DNA from: Octopus sinensis
Lineage: Eukaryota
Length of the DNA: 64,000 nt
Direction: 5' to 3'
Assembly: GCF_006345805.1 (NCBI RefSeq)
Contig: NC_043000.1
Coordinates: 92,938,001-93,002,000 of the forward strand
Position 1 is the first letter of the stretch, and each line of letters starts with the position of its first letter. Below the pieces are notes generated by a model, which saw only the letters and a list, made by a program, of their open reading frames with translations, was not told the origin of the DNA and did not search any database. The translations under genes were made by a program, and so were the position numbers. Positions 1-13,500 of this stretch are shown piece after piece.

Positions 1-835
1 CTTAAAATCAGAGACAGAAAAGTTTATCATAGCAGCCCAAAATCAATGTCTACCTACAAGGCTGGGCTAACATTATTAAAGAACGACAGTAGCCCAACAT
101 GTCGTTATGTAAACAACATAATGAAACCATTGATCATGTTGCCTCCATGTGCAGTCTTCTTGCACCTACAGAGTATCTCAACAGGCATGATAGAGCATCA
201 CTGGGCAATTTGCAAAACTTGGATCTGCCTCATGATAAAAACTAGTGGGAACACAAACCACTTCCAGTGCTTGAAAATGACCACGTCTCACTCATGCGAA
301 TAGGCCAGACATTATATTAAAGAACTTCAAACAAAAATCATGCCTTCTCATTGATATGACTGCCCCAATCGACATAAATGTATCTGTCAAGATCTACCAA
401 AGACTGAGCAAGTATAAAGATCTTGAAACAGAAATTGGCAAAATGTGGAACCACAAGACTAAAACAATACCTGTTGTCATAGATACTCTAGGATTGATAG
501 CAAAAGGGGCTGATTCTTACCTTGCTCAGATACCAGGAAACCCCAAAATGGTAAAAATTCAAAAGATGGTGCTCATCGGAACTGACCATATCCTACATAA
601 AATACTGACTGTCTATGTAACCTCAAATTTTAAAACAAACTCATAATTTTCTTATGTTTTCTTAAAAATTCTCTAGAACAATACTTTGTGCAAAAACAAA
701 TATGACAATCTAGGCATGACACCAACATGAACATCTTACTTGCTGTCTCTTGAGGTCTCTGAGTGAGACTTGGAGTCAACTTGTACAATTAGAAAGCAAA
801 AGTCAAACATATAATAATAATAATAATAATAATAA
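1..835 (+). mobile_element. 3' end of an R4/Dong-clade non-LTR retrotransposon (CCHC finger + restriction-like endonuclease), frameshifted, ending in (TAA)n
   Basis: Reading across frameshifts gives LKSETEKFIIAAQNQCLPT...CRLCKQHNETIDHVASMC (C-x2-C-x8-H-x4-C)...RHD...ANRPDIILK...LLIDMTAP...KYKDLETEI..MW...IPVVI (PD-(D/E)xK-type RLE). Short 3' UTR, then (TAA)n at ~810-835. Confidence 0.85.
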
Positions 836-995
836 TCCTTTCTACTGTAGGCACAAGGCCTAAAATTTGGTGGGAGGGGCTAAGTCGATTACATCGACTT
901 CCAGTACTCAACTAGTATTTAATTTATTGACACTGAAAGGATGAAAGGTGAAATCGACTGTATCAGTCTTTGAACTCAGAATGTAGCAACCTAAA
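836..995 (-). mobile_element. SINE family B copy (tRNA-derived; central GGTCGACTTTGCCTTTCATCCTTTCGGGGTCGATAAA domain), 5'-truncated
   Basis: Reverse complement matches the family-B copies at 7200, 31333, 52350 and 62065. Confidence 0.8.
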
Positions 996-1009
996 TAATA
1001 ATAATAATG

Positions 1010-1067
<58 letters not shown>

Positions 1068-1089
1068 TAATGATAATAATAATGATAAT

Positions 1090-1272
1090 AATCATCGTCG
1101 TTGTCGTTTAACATCCGCTTTCCATGCTGGCATGTGATGGACGGTTTGACTGAGGGCTGGCAAGCCAGAAGGATGTACAAGGCTCCAATATGATCTGGCA
1201 AAGTTCCTACAGCTGGATCCCCCTCCTAACACCAACCACTCCAAGAGTGTAATGGGTGCTTTTATGTGCCAC
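1090..1272 (-). mobile_element. SINE family C copy (RTE-type 3' tail, (ATG)n end)
   Basis: CATCGTCGTTGTCGTTTAACATCCGCTTTCCATGCTGGCATG...GGATCCCCCTCCTAACACCAACCACTCC matches the copies at 31538, 42722, 44231 and 63393. Confidence 0.8.
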
Positions 1273-1705
1273 TGGCACATGATAATAATAATAATAACAA
1301 CAACAAGAAGTTCTTTCATTCAAGCATTCTTTCCCATAAACTCAGTGTATATTTTGAGTCACTTCGGTTGTAGAGGTTCCTTTTTTGTACTCATAATGTG
1401 CCTCAAATGCTCTTTGGATACCTCCATGCTAGAAAGTGTTTTAACCAAAGAAATTTTAATTCTATTATTCTGTAAAATAATATTTAATTAGTTTAAAATT
1501 ACACAAATGCATAAAAATAGTTTTTAATTCCATTAGACATTCTAAAATACTATTAAATTTCATTCAATTTTAAAAAAGGTAAAATCAGACAGAACTTATG
1601 GGATGACCTGTTATATATTAATATATATACACACATACACATGCATGTGCACGCACACACACTCGCACACAATTATATAAATATATATATATATATATAA
1701 TTTTT

Positions 1706-1941
1706 TTATTCTACCTGTTTCAGTCATTTGACTGTGGCCATTATGGAGCACTACCTTGGGTTTTCGCCGAACAAATTGACCCCAAGAGTCTATTTTTTGT
1801 GTGCCTAATACTTATTCCATCAATCTCCTTTCGCTGAACCAATAAGTTACAGGGACATGAAAACACCAACACCAGTTGTCAAGTGGTGATGGGGGGACTA
1901 ATACAGACACAAAGATATACACACAAATATATATATATATA

Positions 1942-1979
<38 letters not shown>

Positions 1980-2130
1980 CGATGAGTTTCTTTCAGTTTC
2001 TATCTACCAAATCCACTCACAAGGCTTTGGTCAGCCCAAGGCTCTAGTAAAAGACACCTACACAAGGTGCTGTAGGACTGAACCCTGAACAATATAATTG
2101 GGAAGTAAGCTCCTTACCACACAACTACGA
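1706..2130 (-). mobile_element. SINE family A copy (tRNA-like head, CORE-like GGCACCTTGGGCAAGTGTCTT, internal TA/TG microsatellite, TGACTGAAACAAGTAAAAGAG tail)
   Basis: Same architecture as about 20 other copies in the window. Confidence 0.8.
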
Positions 2131-3562
2131 TGTATGTATATATATATGATAGGCAGTGGGATGGTTAAAACATGTTATACATTAAAATAATACTAAGTCT
2201 GTTTAATAATTTTGTGCACAAGATAATACAAATAAATGCGTACAAGGATATGTACACAATTACATGGGTAAGAACCTGCCACTGAGGTACTAATATGCAC
2301 CCCATATCACTGACCATCTTCCCCTCTGGCCACCTTCTGCAAATTAGGTTCTCCAAATTTGCTCATGCACTGTCTCAGCTTTATCTGAACTGTATAGAGC
2401 TCCACATTCTCTGAGCTTTAATCTGCCAGCAAGCAATATATCCCTGATTTGTTATTTACCAACTATTCATCACTTATGATTACCTGGCACTCATCTTCCA
2501 ACGCTTTCTTAATTAGCACAGTTTTTTTTGATTTGCCATATTTTATGATCAGTGTTAGATTAATTAGGTTACAGTCTGTTTTTGAAATCAGCACCAACTT
2601 TTGGCACTCTGTCAGGGTAGACACAGATTTCTGAGAAACTTCCATTCTCTTTTTTGCCTTTTCACTGGGTTCACTCTGCATTTCTTCATTTTTTATTACT
2701 ACTACTTTTTCACGCTCTTTCAAACTCTATCTGTTATCTATAATTGCAAAATTATGGCTTGCTATAACTGCTCACACCTATGGCCAATCCTGTGTGGGAG
2801 GAGTAGACTCTTCAAAATATTTGGAACTGGTGACAACAAGGATAAGGCAAAAAGTTTTGCTTCCACTTTGTCTATTGTTTGAGTTACAACTGCCAAAGTC
2901 TAATTTTGTTGTTATTGCTGCTTCTAATGCTATTTACATCCCTCGCTTACTGTATGTGTTTTTTTTCCTTTTTCCTTATTGTGCCTGGTAGAAAACCCAC
3001 AAGTAGCTTTTACTGTCAATTTATTTTATTCTGAATCATTGACCTTCTATCCACTACCTGACTGAGGTATTGCTATTGGATCAGTACTTTCTTAAGGCAT
3101 GGAGCACATTGGGCAGTTGCCTTGGCAAATAATGAGTGTAAGAGGCTCAATTCTGATCTATGTATGCTGCAGCTTAACATTAATAAGTCGTAGTGGAATA
3201 CTCAGCAATTGCCTAATGTCATGATTTCTTAAAATCTTGCCCGTGTGATCAACAAAATTTGACCAATCACAAAGTAGCATTGAATAGGCTCCAGTAATGA
3301 TTTTTTGTTGTTTTTTTTATGCTCTTCCTTCTGAGACTATCAACCAGTATAAATTCAGTATGTCATGAAAACTAGACAGTGAGCTTTGATATTTCAGCAA
3401 AGAGAGCATATGTAAGAGTTGACCAACAGAGACTGCAGACAGTACAAAGGCAATGAACAGTTGGAGGATGAACAAGACTAGAAGTCAGTTGCTGATGAGC
3501 AACTAACAACACTATCTGCTGCTACAACTACCACCAAGAACAAAAACTCTCTCAACGTTTTG

Positions 3563-3672
3563 TTACTCTTTTACTTGTTTCAGTCATTTGATTGTAGCCA
3601 TGCTAGAGCACTGCCTTTAGTCAAGCAATGTTGGGGGGACAAACACAGACACACAAACATCTTCACACACAC

Positions 3673-3753
<81 letters not shown>

Positions 3754-3925
3754 CACACATACGACAGGCTTCTTTCTGTTTCTGTGTACTAAATCCTTTC
3801 ACAAGGCTTTGATCAGCCCGAGGCTATAGTAGAAGACACTTGTCCAAGGTGCCATGCAGTAGGACTGAACCTGGAACTATGTGGTTGGTAAGCAAGTTAC
3901 TTACCACACAGCCACTCCTATGCCT
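3563..3925 (-). mobile_element. SINE family A copy
   Basis: Tail TTACTCTTTTACTTGTTTCAGTCATTTG through head TTACCACACAGCCACTCCTATGCCT. Confidence 0.85.
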
Positions 3926-4750
3926 GTTGTTCATAGTAACAACTATCATTTCTTTTGTGTATGAAAAGACTAAAATGTTGGTTTATCAAAATCTCAACTG
4001 ACTCCCCTGTTCCTTTCCTTACAAAGTAAATACAATAGAGCCAGGCGCATTAATTTTCTGGGAACTGGGGCAAGGGTTCAGGACCCCAAATTTGATCTAT
4101 GTATTCAGTGGCTTGCTGTTAATAAATACCATAAGGTCCAGTGCACAGATTTGCCTACGGGGCCTGTAATACTACTAACATGACCCTGAATGGGATAGCT
4201 TTGTAAATTTTCAAAGGTTATAAAAATGAAGATAACAATATACACCCTACTTGACCAAATGTCATTCAAGATCCAATCTACATTCATCACAAGGATCAAC
4301 GACCATTCAATGATTTTATCTTTTTTAGATTCAGGTGGAACAAGCCTCTAAACAGACAAGTTCTACCTGTCTCTTCACTCATCTATCATTTTAAAAGCTA
4401 AACACAGGATTTTGTAAGTCCTGATCCAGTTACTGTAACACGTAACATGCAATACATTATGAACCCATTTTTTATGTAAACAACCTTCTTTTCATGTGGT
4501 TCTCTAAAAGGTTTATATGCTGAGGTACCTCACTCCATACGGCATTAAAGAAATTAATTGTTGTTTAAATTTGTCTTTATTGTAATTCTAAGGTTGAATC
4601 AGTGTATGAATTATCTTTTTTTCTTTCTCGTCTAATGTATTTTCATTTGTGCTTTGTAAGCTATAGCTATTACATTTTCTCACTGCAAGCCAAAATCTAA
4701 AGAGAGGGACCTTTCATTTATATTTAATATATATATATATTATATATATA

Positions 4751-5100
4751 TCAATACAGAGCAAATAATTTATGAGAAGAATAATTTACAAAAAATAATT
4801 TGCAAAGATATCAACTTTCGAATGGTTGATTTCTGTAGTTATCATGAGTGTATTTTGGTGATTTAAATAACAGATTTAACTGTTATTTCCAGCAGGTAGA
4901 CATTCTTTGTATGTCCTTCATTAATTTTAATCCTTCAGTTATTTAATGATTTTGGGGCTAGGGCCAGCAATCATCTGTATTATTGATTCTGTTATTATCA
5001 TTTTTAAATTGTTACACTAGATAATAACAGAATCAATAATATCTTTGCAATTTATCTTTTTGTGAATTATTTTTCTCGTAAATTATTTGTTCTGTATTGA
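4751..5100. mobile_element. MITE with ~60-bp terminal inverted repeats
   Basis: TCAATACAGAGCAAATAATTTATGAGAAG...TTTGCAAAGATAT at 4751 is the inverse of ATATCTTTGCAA...TAAATTATTTGTTCTGTATTGA ending at 5100. A TA run lies to the left. Confidence 0.7.
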
Positions 5101-5366
5101 AATTATTTTCACACTAGTGGCTGCCATGATTTCAGCACAAAACGAATCACTTGCAGTGCAGATTTCAACATGATGGGTTGGGACTCACAATCATGTAAGG
5201 CTTGCTGAGGAAGGTGAGGCTTTTATGCCAGTCCAGAAACCGGTCTATGTGTGCCATTGCACATTAATTTCATGAGCAGGCTGTTCCATTGATTGGACCA
5301 ACTTGAACCCTTGTCATCATAACTGACGGTGTGCCAGTGTATATAGTTTTGTATAATGCTATTATG

Positions 5367-5417
5367 GAGCAGCTATGCTCAGCTATTGAGCAGCTATGCT
5401 CAGCTATTGAGCAGCTA
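5367..5417. repeat. 21-bp tandem repeat (GAGCAGCTATGCTCAGCTATT, ~2.5 copies)
   Basis: Direct reading. Confidence 0.85.
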
Positions 5418-5624
5418 ATGCTGCCTTCGTAAGGGCTTGTTGTATTGTCAGATAAAGGCGGGACATTTAGTTATTTTTCAGGTTGTTAAAGTTGGTTTGG
5501 AGCATAAATTGGGAGGGGTTAGAGGATTTAAGGATTTGGGGTTTGTCTTTTAATTAAAAGGATAACATCAATTAATTGAAATTTTATAACTAAAAAATAT
5601 GTAAGATACTAGTCCACAAGTGTG

Positions 5625-5734
5625 TGTGTGCATAATACACAAACACACACACATACATGTACATTTATACATATGTATATAAATATATATATAATTGTAT
5701 GAATATGAAAATATATATGTACATATGTATACAC

Positions 5735-5777
<43 letters not shown>

Positions 5778-7110
5778 AATGCATATATATCACATACACA
5801 CACACGTGTACACACACAAACACACACATACACATGTATATGTACTATACAGAAAGCTCCCTGTGGTATTTCTTGTTGCCCTATTGTATACATTACGTTG
5901 CATACAAACATACTTACCTACCTATATACGTATATATATACGTATGTACATATCATGTATGTGTGTGAGTATGTTTGTGTGTGTGTGTGTGTGTGTATAA
6001 CAACAAAACTGGGTCACTATCTTAATTACTTCTATTGGTTGAATAAGTTCTTATAGCAGGGATTTCCTGCTGGAAACTAACTTCTAAAGGAGCCATATGT
6101 GAAAGTAAATGCTAGATCTGACATCCAAAAGACATAACGCTGTTTGATGAATGAAATTTGAACTAATAACTGCAGCTACCTTTGGGATCACTATTTCCTT
6201 GATTGATCTCCTGTGTTGTATATGAAGTAACACGAGATTAAATCTTACTCCATTCCAGCCCTTATTTCTCTCTCTCTAACATTCTCTCTCTCTCTTTCTC
6301 ACATTCTTTCTTTTTCCCTCTTTGTCTCTCCATCTCTTTCTCTATTTCACACTTTCTCTTCCTTTCTCCCTGTTTTTAAGAAGTAAAGGAAAGAAAAAAA
6401 GTATCCTACATCAACTGGGTCAGTATTTTCATTTGGGCTAATTTTTTATATATCTGGTTATTTTGTATGTATGTTTGTGTTTGTGTGTGTGTACACGCAT
6501 GAGAGAGAAAGAGTGTTTGCATGTGTGTGTGTGTATGTGTGTGTGTGTGTGTGTATGTGTGTGTGTGTGAACATGCATTCTTGTTTTCAGTTTTTGACTG
6601 AGTCCATGCTGGAGCACCGCCTTTAGTCAAACAAATCAACCCCAGGACTTATTCTTTGTAAGCCTAGTACTTATTCTATTGGTCTAGTGAGTGTGTGTGT
6701 GTGTGTGTGAAAGTGAGAGGAAGTGTATGTGTGTGTGAGAGAGAAAGAGAGTGTGTTTGTGTATGTATATATGTGTGTATGTATGTGTGTGCATGTATGT
6801 ATGTATGTATGTATGTCTGTGTGTGAAAGAGAGAGAAAGCAGATGTGTGTGTGTGAGAGAGAAAAAAGTCTATGTGGGATGTGGAGAAAGAAAGAGAGTG
6901 TGTTTGTGTGTGTGTGTGTGTGTGAAAGAGAGTGGAAGAGTATGTGTAAGAGAGAGAAAGAAAGAGAGTATGTTTGTGTTTGTATGCGCGTGTGTGTGTG
7001 TGTGTGAATGTATGTGTGTGTGAATGTATTTGTATGTGAGAATGTATGTATGGGAATGTGTGTGTGTGTGCATGTGTATGTGCAACGGCATGTGTATGGG
7101 TGTGTGTATA
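5625..7110. repeat. Compound (TA)n/(CA)n/(TG)n/(TATG)n/(GA)n microsatellite blocks with short unique or SINE-tail interruptions
   Basis: Direct reading; source of the [12 protein letters not shown] pseudo-ORFs. Confidence 0.85.
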
Positions 7111-7198
7111 TGAAGATGAAATACTCTGCCTTTGTTTCAATTAATTTTAAAAAGAATGAAGAATTTTATAAAAGAACTGTCATTATTAAGCTTGTGTG

Positions 7199-7832
7199 AA
7201 GGTGGCAAGCTGGCAGAATCATTAGCTCACTGGGCAAAATGCTTAGCAGTATTTCGTCTGTCTTTACATTCTGAGTTCAAATTCCACCGAGGTCGACTTT
7301 GCCTTTCATCCTTTCGTGATAAATAAATTAAGTACCAGTTGTGTACTGGGGTCGATCTAATCAACTGGCTCTCTCCCCAAAAGTTTCAGGCCTTGTGCCT
7401 AGAGCAGAAAAGAGCATTAGCACGCTGGGCAAAATGCTTAGCAGTATTTCATCTGTCACTCTGTTCTGAGTTCAAATTCCACCAAGGTCGACATTGCCTT
7501 TCATCCTTTCGGTGTCAATTAAATAAGTACCAGTTATGCATGTAATTGACCCTAATCCTCTCCCACAAGCAGCCCTTGTGGCAAAAACTTGAAATCATTA
7601 TTAAGCTCATGTTTGATGGTGAGCTAGCAGATTTGTTACCATGCTGGACAAAAAACTTAGCAACACTTCATTAGTCTTTATGTTCTCAGCTCAAGTTCCC
7701 CCAAGGTTGACTTTGCCTTTCATTCTTTTGGAGTCGATAAAATAAGTAGGAGTCAAGTACTGTGGTTGATGTAATTAACCTCTCCCTGCCCTCAGAAACT
7801 GCTAACCTTGGGCCAAAATTTGAAATTATTAA
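7199..7832 (+). mobile_element. Three head-to-tail SINE family B copies
   Basis: Head GGTGGCAAGCTGGCAGAATCATTAGC, B-box-like GAGTTCAAATTCC and the central domain are repeated three times. Confidence 0.85.
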
Positions 7833-8561
7833 GTTAGTGTTTAGAACATAAATCAACAAGAAATTTTGATGGAAAGTTTCAATTTAGGAATTCCAACCAT
7901 GTTTCATGGTTCGCTACCTCTACAGCTCCTTTATAGGATCCAGTGACTAAAAACATCATCAAGAGGAACCACGTCTGGTTTCAGCCCCTACTCCTCTACG
8001 GTTTTTGATGTGGTGGGGCTCCCCCTTATGGAGGTGTCTTCAGCTCTGGTGTTTGAGTGTGTTTTTCTTTCTCCATTTTTCTTAGACCTTGTGTTCTTTG
8101 GTTTCTTTGATGCAGCGTCAACAAATGTCAGCAAGTGAATGACCATCCTGCCAAATTTCCCTTTAAATACTTGCTGGTAGGCTTCAGCAACCAGCACCAG
8201 CTAACTGTCACATGAAACTATCTAAACTTCAACTGACCAATGGAGAGGCAGTATGCATAGTTTTGGCCTGCACCCTCTCTAAACCTACCTTCCAACAGCA
8301 TCATGTTAGTTTCAGTTCCAGCAGCCAGAGCCAATCAGCTGTTTGGTGGTACAAGCCTTCAAACTATTGGGGAGGAGGGTATGCAATGAACAAGATTGCT
8401 CCCTTAGCCCACCTAGAACCAGGAGTGATCTCAGATGTGTTAGTACCAAAAAAGATATATTAATAATGAAGAATTTAGGAAAATAACTTGGTCATAATTA
8501 AGCTAGTGTTTGGAACATAAATTAACGTAACATTTTGATGGAAGACTTCAACTTCGGTTCT

Positions 8562-9048
8562 TCAACCCTTTGGTAATTAAACTGGTCAGTTCTGGCCCAA
8601 ATATTCTACCCATCTTATGTTCAAACTGGCCAGATCCAACCTCTCACATCAATCTTACAAAAAATAAATAATCATATCAAAATCTTGAAGCTGCGATGTG
8701 ATACATGATTAATTCAAAGTAATGTGTATAAATAAGCATTACATAGAGTGGAGGCATATGGCTTAGTGGTTAGGGTGTCAGCATCATGATCGTAAGATTG
8801 TGGTTTCGATTCCTGGACCATGGGATGCGTTGGGTTCTTGAGAAAAACACTTCATTTCATGTTGCTCCAGTCCACTCAGATGGCAAAAATGAGTAACGCT
8901 GCGATGGACTAGCGTCCCATCCAGCTGGGAACACATATGCCATAGAAAGCAGGAAACCAGGCCCATGAGCCTGGCAAGGCTTTAAAAGGGCACATATGTT
9001 TTTTATTTTTTTACATTTGATAATGCAACCTGAATGCTAAAGGGTTAA
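8562..9048. mobile_element. piggyBac-like MITE (TTAA-CCCTTTAGCATT termini) with a nested SINE
   Basis: Right end AATGCTAAAGGGTTAA; degenerate left end TCAACCCTTTGGTAATT; body is the reverse complement of 13918-14144. Confidence 0.65.
8748..8995 (+). mobile_element. SINE family D copy (tRNA head; GCGATGGACTGGCGTCCCATCCAG domain)
   Basis: GGAGGCATATGGCTTAGTGGTTAGGG...GGTTTCGATTCC; matches 14762 and 40351. Confidence 0.8.
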
Positions 9049-10429
9049 AATAAGAAGTTTGTATCATAGAACCAAATGTACTCTCAGGTGGGTTGGTACC
9101 AAAATGGATAACTTTTTTTGTTTGTCATATTTCTGTTGAAATACATTACTTTAGTTTCAATTAATTTTGGAAAATAATGAAGAATTTAGTAAAATAAATT
9201 TACTATTATTATGCTAGTGTTTGGAACATAAAAATGACATGAAATTTTGATGGAAGGTTTTAATTTAAATCACTTTTAAACAGTGAATTTGTAACATAGA
9301 ACAAGAGGCAGTCTTTAGCAGGGTGGTATGAAAAGAGTTACACCGTCTTATGCTCAAAGCTATTTCGATTATGAAATTCTTGTCCTTTAAAGTTACCTAA
9401 CACTATATTATACAGTAATACAGTACAACCTTCCCCATTGTTTTCCATGATGGTAAGGAACAAATTTAGACAGATTTGGCTGCTATTTCTAGCATGTTTT
9501 ACGATCATGTAGTGTTTTGTTTCAGTGACTAAGTATTTTAAGATATGTTTCCAAAAAATATTTCTTTGAGGTGAAGAATATATTCAAAAATAAAATAAAA
9601 TAAGTATATTTCTATAAAAATAATAGATTTTGATCCTTTTCTCCATATTTTATGCATTTCTCTACACATATTGAAAGATAACAGCTTAGATTTAGCACAC
9701 CAAATGCAAAATGAAAAACCAGTGCGGAGTAAAATATTTATAACTGTACCGAAATTCTATCAACAAGTTCTAAAATAGGAACTCTATCAGAAAACCTGAA
9801 CTGATTGTCATCATTTAGAATTGCATGTATGGCTGTATAAGAGACAGAGTTTGTTTCACAGTTCCGTGGTTCTGGGATTGATTCCACTGCCTAGTACATT
9901 GAGAAAATGTCTCCTATGAGGGCTTTGGGTTGACCGATGTTTTGTGAGTAAAATTTGGAAGAAAAATGGTAAGATCTGTGTGGAAGCTTATTCATTTTGT
10001 AAAAGCATGGCTGTGCTTACCAACCACCTGGGTTTAGTCTCTCTGTGTGGCACTCTTAGCAAGCGTTTTCTACTTTAGCTTTGTGCTGGGTAAAGCCTTG
10101 GGAGTGGATTTGGTAGACAGAAACTGAGGTGTCATACACATACAGAAACAGAAGTGTCATACACAAATACACTCATCTGTGTGCATGCACGTGTATGTGT
10201 GTATCTATGTGTGTGCATGTGTGTGTGTGTCTTGGTGTATGTGTTTGTTCCCCACCACTGCGTGACAACTGCTGTTGGTCTGTTTGCATTCCCATCACCT
10301 TGTGGTTTGACAGAGGAGACCAATAAAATAAGTACCAAGCTTAAAAAGAAAAATAAGTGCTGGGGTAGATTCTTTCAACTAAAATTCTTCAAAGCAGTGC
10401 CCCAGCGTGGCCACAGTCTAATGACTGAA

Positions 10430-11204
10430 TCAAATGACGGTGATAACAACGTTGATAATGATGATGATGATGATGATGACAATGATGATGACAACGACAA
10501 CGACGACAACGATGATGGTGATGACGATGATGATGATGATGATGAATGATGATGATGATGATGATGAAGATGAAGATGGCATCGATGATGATGATGACAA
10601 CAATAATGATAACAACAATGATGATGACCTGGCTCTCCATTGCTTATGAAGACTGCTCCAGCTGATCTGATCAATGGAACAACCTGCTCATGAAATTAGC
10701 ATGGAAGTGGCTGAGCGCTCCTTAGACATGCATACTCTTTGCATATGATAAGGTTGGACCTGAGAATTACAAGTACTACTGATTTTTTTGCCAGCTGAGT
10801 GGATTAGAGCAACGTAAAATAAAGCGTCTTCCTCAAGGACATAATGCACCACCGGGAATTGAACTCCCCACCTTACAATTGTGAGTTGAACACTTTAACC
10901 ATTAAAGCCATTAAGCCACATGCCTATGTATACATGTATACATACAAACAGACATACAATGATGATGACGAACACCAATGACGACGGTGGTGATGATGAT
11001 GACGATAATGGTGGTGGTGGTGGTGGTGGTGGAGGTGGTGGTGGTGGTGGTGGTGGTGGTGGTGGTGGAGGTGATAATAAGGATAAGGATGATGATAGAG
11101 TTGGTGGTGGTAGTAACGGTGGTGGTGGTGATGACTATGATGATGATGATGATGATGATAGTGGTGGTGACGACGACAACGACGACGGCGACGACGATGA
11201 CGAA

Positions 11205-11257
<53 letters not shown>

Positions 11258-11267
11258 CGACGACGAC

Positions 11268-11299
<32 letters not shown>

Positions 11300-11345
11300 G
11301 GAGGAGGAGGAGGAGGAGGAGGAGGAGGAGGAGGGCGATTGTGAC
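10430..11345. repeat. Long trinucleotide arrays (GAT/GAC/GGT/GAG)n, interrupted by a minus-strand SINE family E copy (~10650-10922)
   Basis: Direct reading. The SINE carries a CORE-like GGAAGACGCTTTATTTTACGTTGCTCTAATCCACTCAGCTGG. Confidence 0.85.
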
Positions 11346-11744
11346 AATGACTAAGTGACTATTTAACATCTGAAATTAAAATTTGTTTTACCATTTAAGA
11401 TGTTACTTGGAAACCTATTAATATGCCAAATGCAACACAAACTTGTCCGAACATCTCTCCCTTAGAAATCAACTACGTGTGTGTGTGTGGAAGGGTGCAT
11501 ACATGTATGCATGTGTTTGAGTCATAGGGGTTATCAGTATATAGTATTTAGTTGCAAGTATGTTAACATGTATGTAAACATATATAATTACATGCATATG
11601 GATGGATTCAAGTGTGTACATTCTTCCTTTATGGACAGACTGTAGTTTAAATTTTATGATAAATTAATTTTATTGTCGTTGTCGAATGCTTTCCATATAG
11701 CTTTACTGATATGAGGCTGGAATGTTAATAGGCAAATACTTGTA

Positions 11745-11790
11745 TGCATGTGTGTAATTCAGTGTGTATATATATGTATATATATGTATG

Positions 11791-11883
<93 letters not shown>

Positions 11884-12109
11884 ATATATATATGTATAAA
11901 TATATATATGCATATATATATATATGTATGTATCTATGTATGTATATATATGTGTGTGTGTGTGTATGTACCTACATATGCATGTATGTATATTCGTAGA
12001 TACATACATATTTAAAAAATATATTTATTTATATGCATTTAAATAAATATATTTAAGTTAAGTACATATATATATATATGTGCATGCATATAGATAGATA
12101 GATAGATAG

Positions 12110-12146
<37 letters not shown>

Positions 12147-12166
12147 GGATATATATATATAATTAT

Positions 12167-12220
<54 letters not shown>

Positions 12221-13500
12221 GCACTTAAACATACTCTCCTCTATCTATCTATCTGCCTATATATATATAGATAGATATATGTATATATATATATATGTGT
12301 GTCTGTGCATGTGTTTGTGTGTGTAGATACATACACACATACACATATACATGCACCCAGGCTCATATAATATACATAGATCGAAATATTTATTTATCCC
12401 ATAAAAGAAGGTGATAAATAAAATTAATTGTCTGAGTTTTTATGATCAGGAAAGTTCTATTGATTAACAGAAGTTGGTCTATGGAAAATTTAAGTTTTAC
12501 CATTTTGAAAGTATCAGGGAGAAAAAATATAGCTATAACATAGAATTAAAATAGAATATGCAGTTGGTTCTCGTATGATTAGAATCTACACTAAGAAGCT
12601 TGATATATATACATCCGTATATTTATTCATATATATACACACATACATATATATTAGCATACTTATTTACATTCACATATACACACCTACAGACTGATGT
12701 AATTACATGCATATATACTTATGTGCATGCATGCTTACCTGTATGCATGCATATATACAAACTTTTATATATTCATGGGATATGCATACATAGATGTATA
12801 CATACATACATACTTAAATGCATGCATAAATACATGCTTACAATAATAATAACATTCGTACATGCATACATGAATACATGCACACACAGAGATATACATT
12901 CACACATGCACACATGTATTTTTACATGTACACATACATACATACATACATACATACATACATACATACTTACCTTCATACATATATGCATACATACATA
13001 CACATGTAGTGATGCACATTAATACATGCATACATATGTTCATACATATATACAAAGGGATATACATACATATGTACATACACATATAGCAATATACATT
13101 AATACATGCATACATATGAGCATACGTGTATACATACAAACAGACTTACATGCATATATACTTACATTCATACAAGCATACATACATATATACATATATA
13201 CAAACATAAATATACATGTAGGATTATATATTAATACATGTGTACCTATGTTCAAACACTTATACATACAGACATGCATGCATGCATACATACTTACATT
13301 CATACATACATGCATGCATACATATATACATAGGGGCATATATTAAAACAAGTGTACATACATTCATACATGCATACATACATGCTTACAGAAATACATT
13401 CATGTATGCATTCCAACAGACATGTATATATGTATTCCTACGTATGTACTTACTGTCATACACACCTTTCTTCATGCATGCATATACATATATATGATTA
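11745..13500. repeat. (TA)n, (GATA)n and degenerate (CATA)n microsatellite field
   Basis: Direct reading. Anchors such as ATTAATACATG and TACTTACATTCATAC recur at ~130-bp spacing in 12960-13380. Confidence 0.8.

Noticed and set aside
2400-2940. Coding-looking minus-strand ORF 2463-2723
   Set aside because: No recognisable domain. It could be a decayed retroelement N-terminus, but this cannot be supported by eye.
4329-4415. AG...GTAAGT-bounded candidate exon
   Set aside because: Stops in all three frames.
5609-7199. [12 protein letters not shown] ORFs (also at 11.7-13.5, 17.9-18.2, 24.2-26.3, 28.3-30.9, 36-38, 46.7-49.5 and 54.7-55.8 kb)
   Set aside because: Translations of dinucleotide and tetranucleotide microsatellites.
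10375-11369. Poly-Gly/Asp/Glu and poly-Ser/His ORFs
   Set aside because: Pure trinucleotide arrays that are open in several frames on both strands, and split by a SINE.
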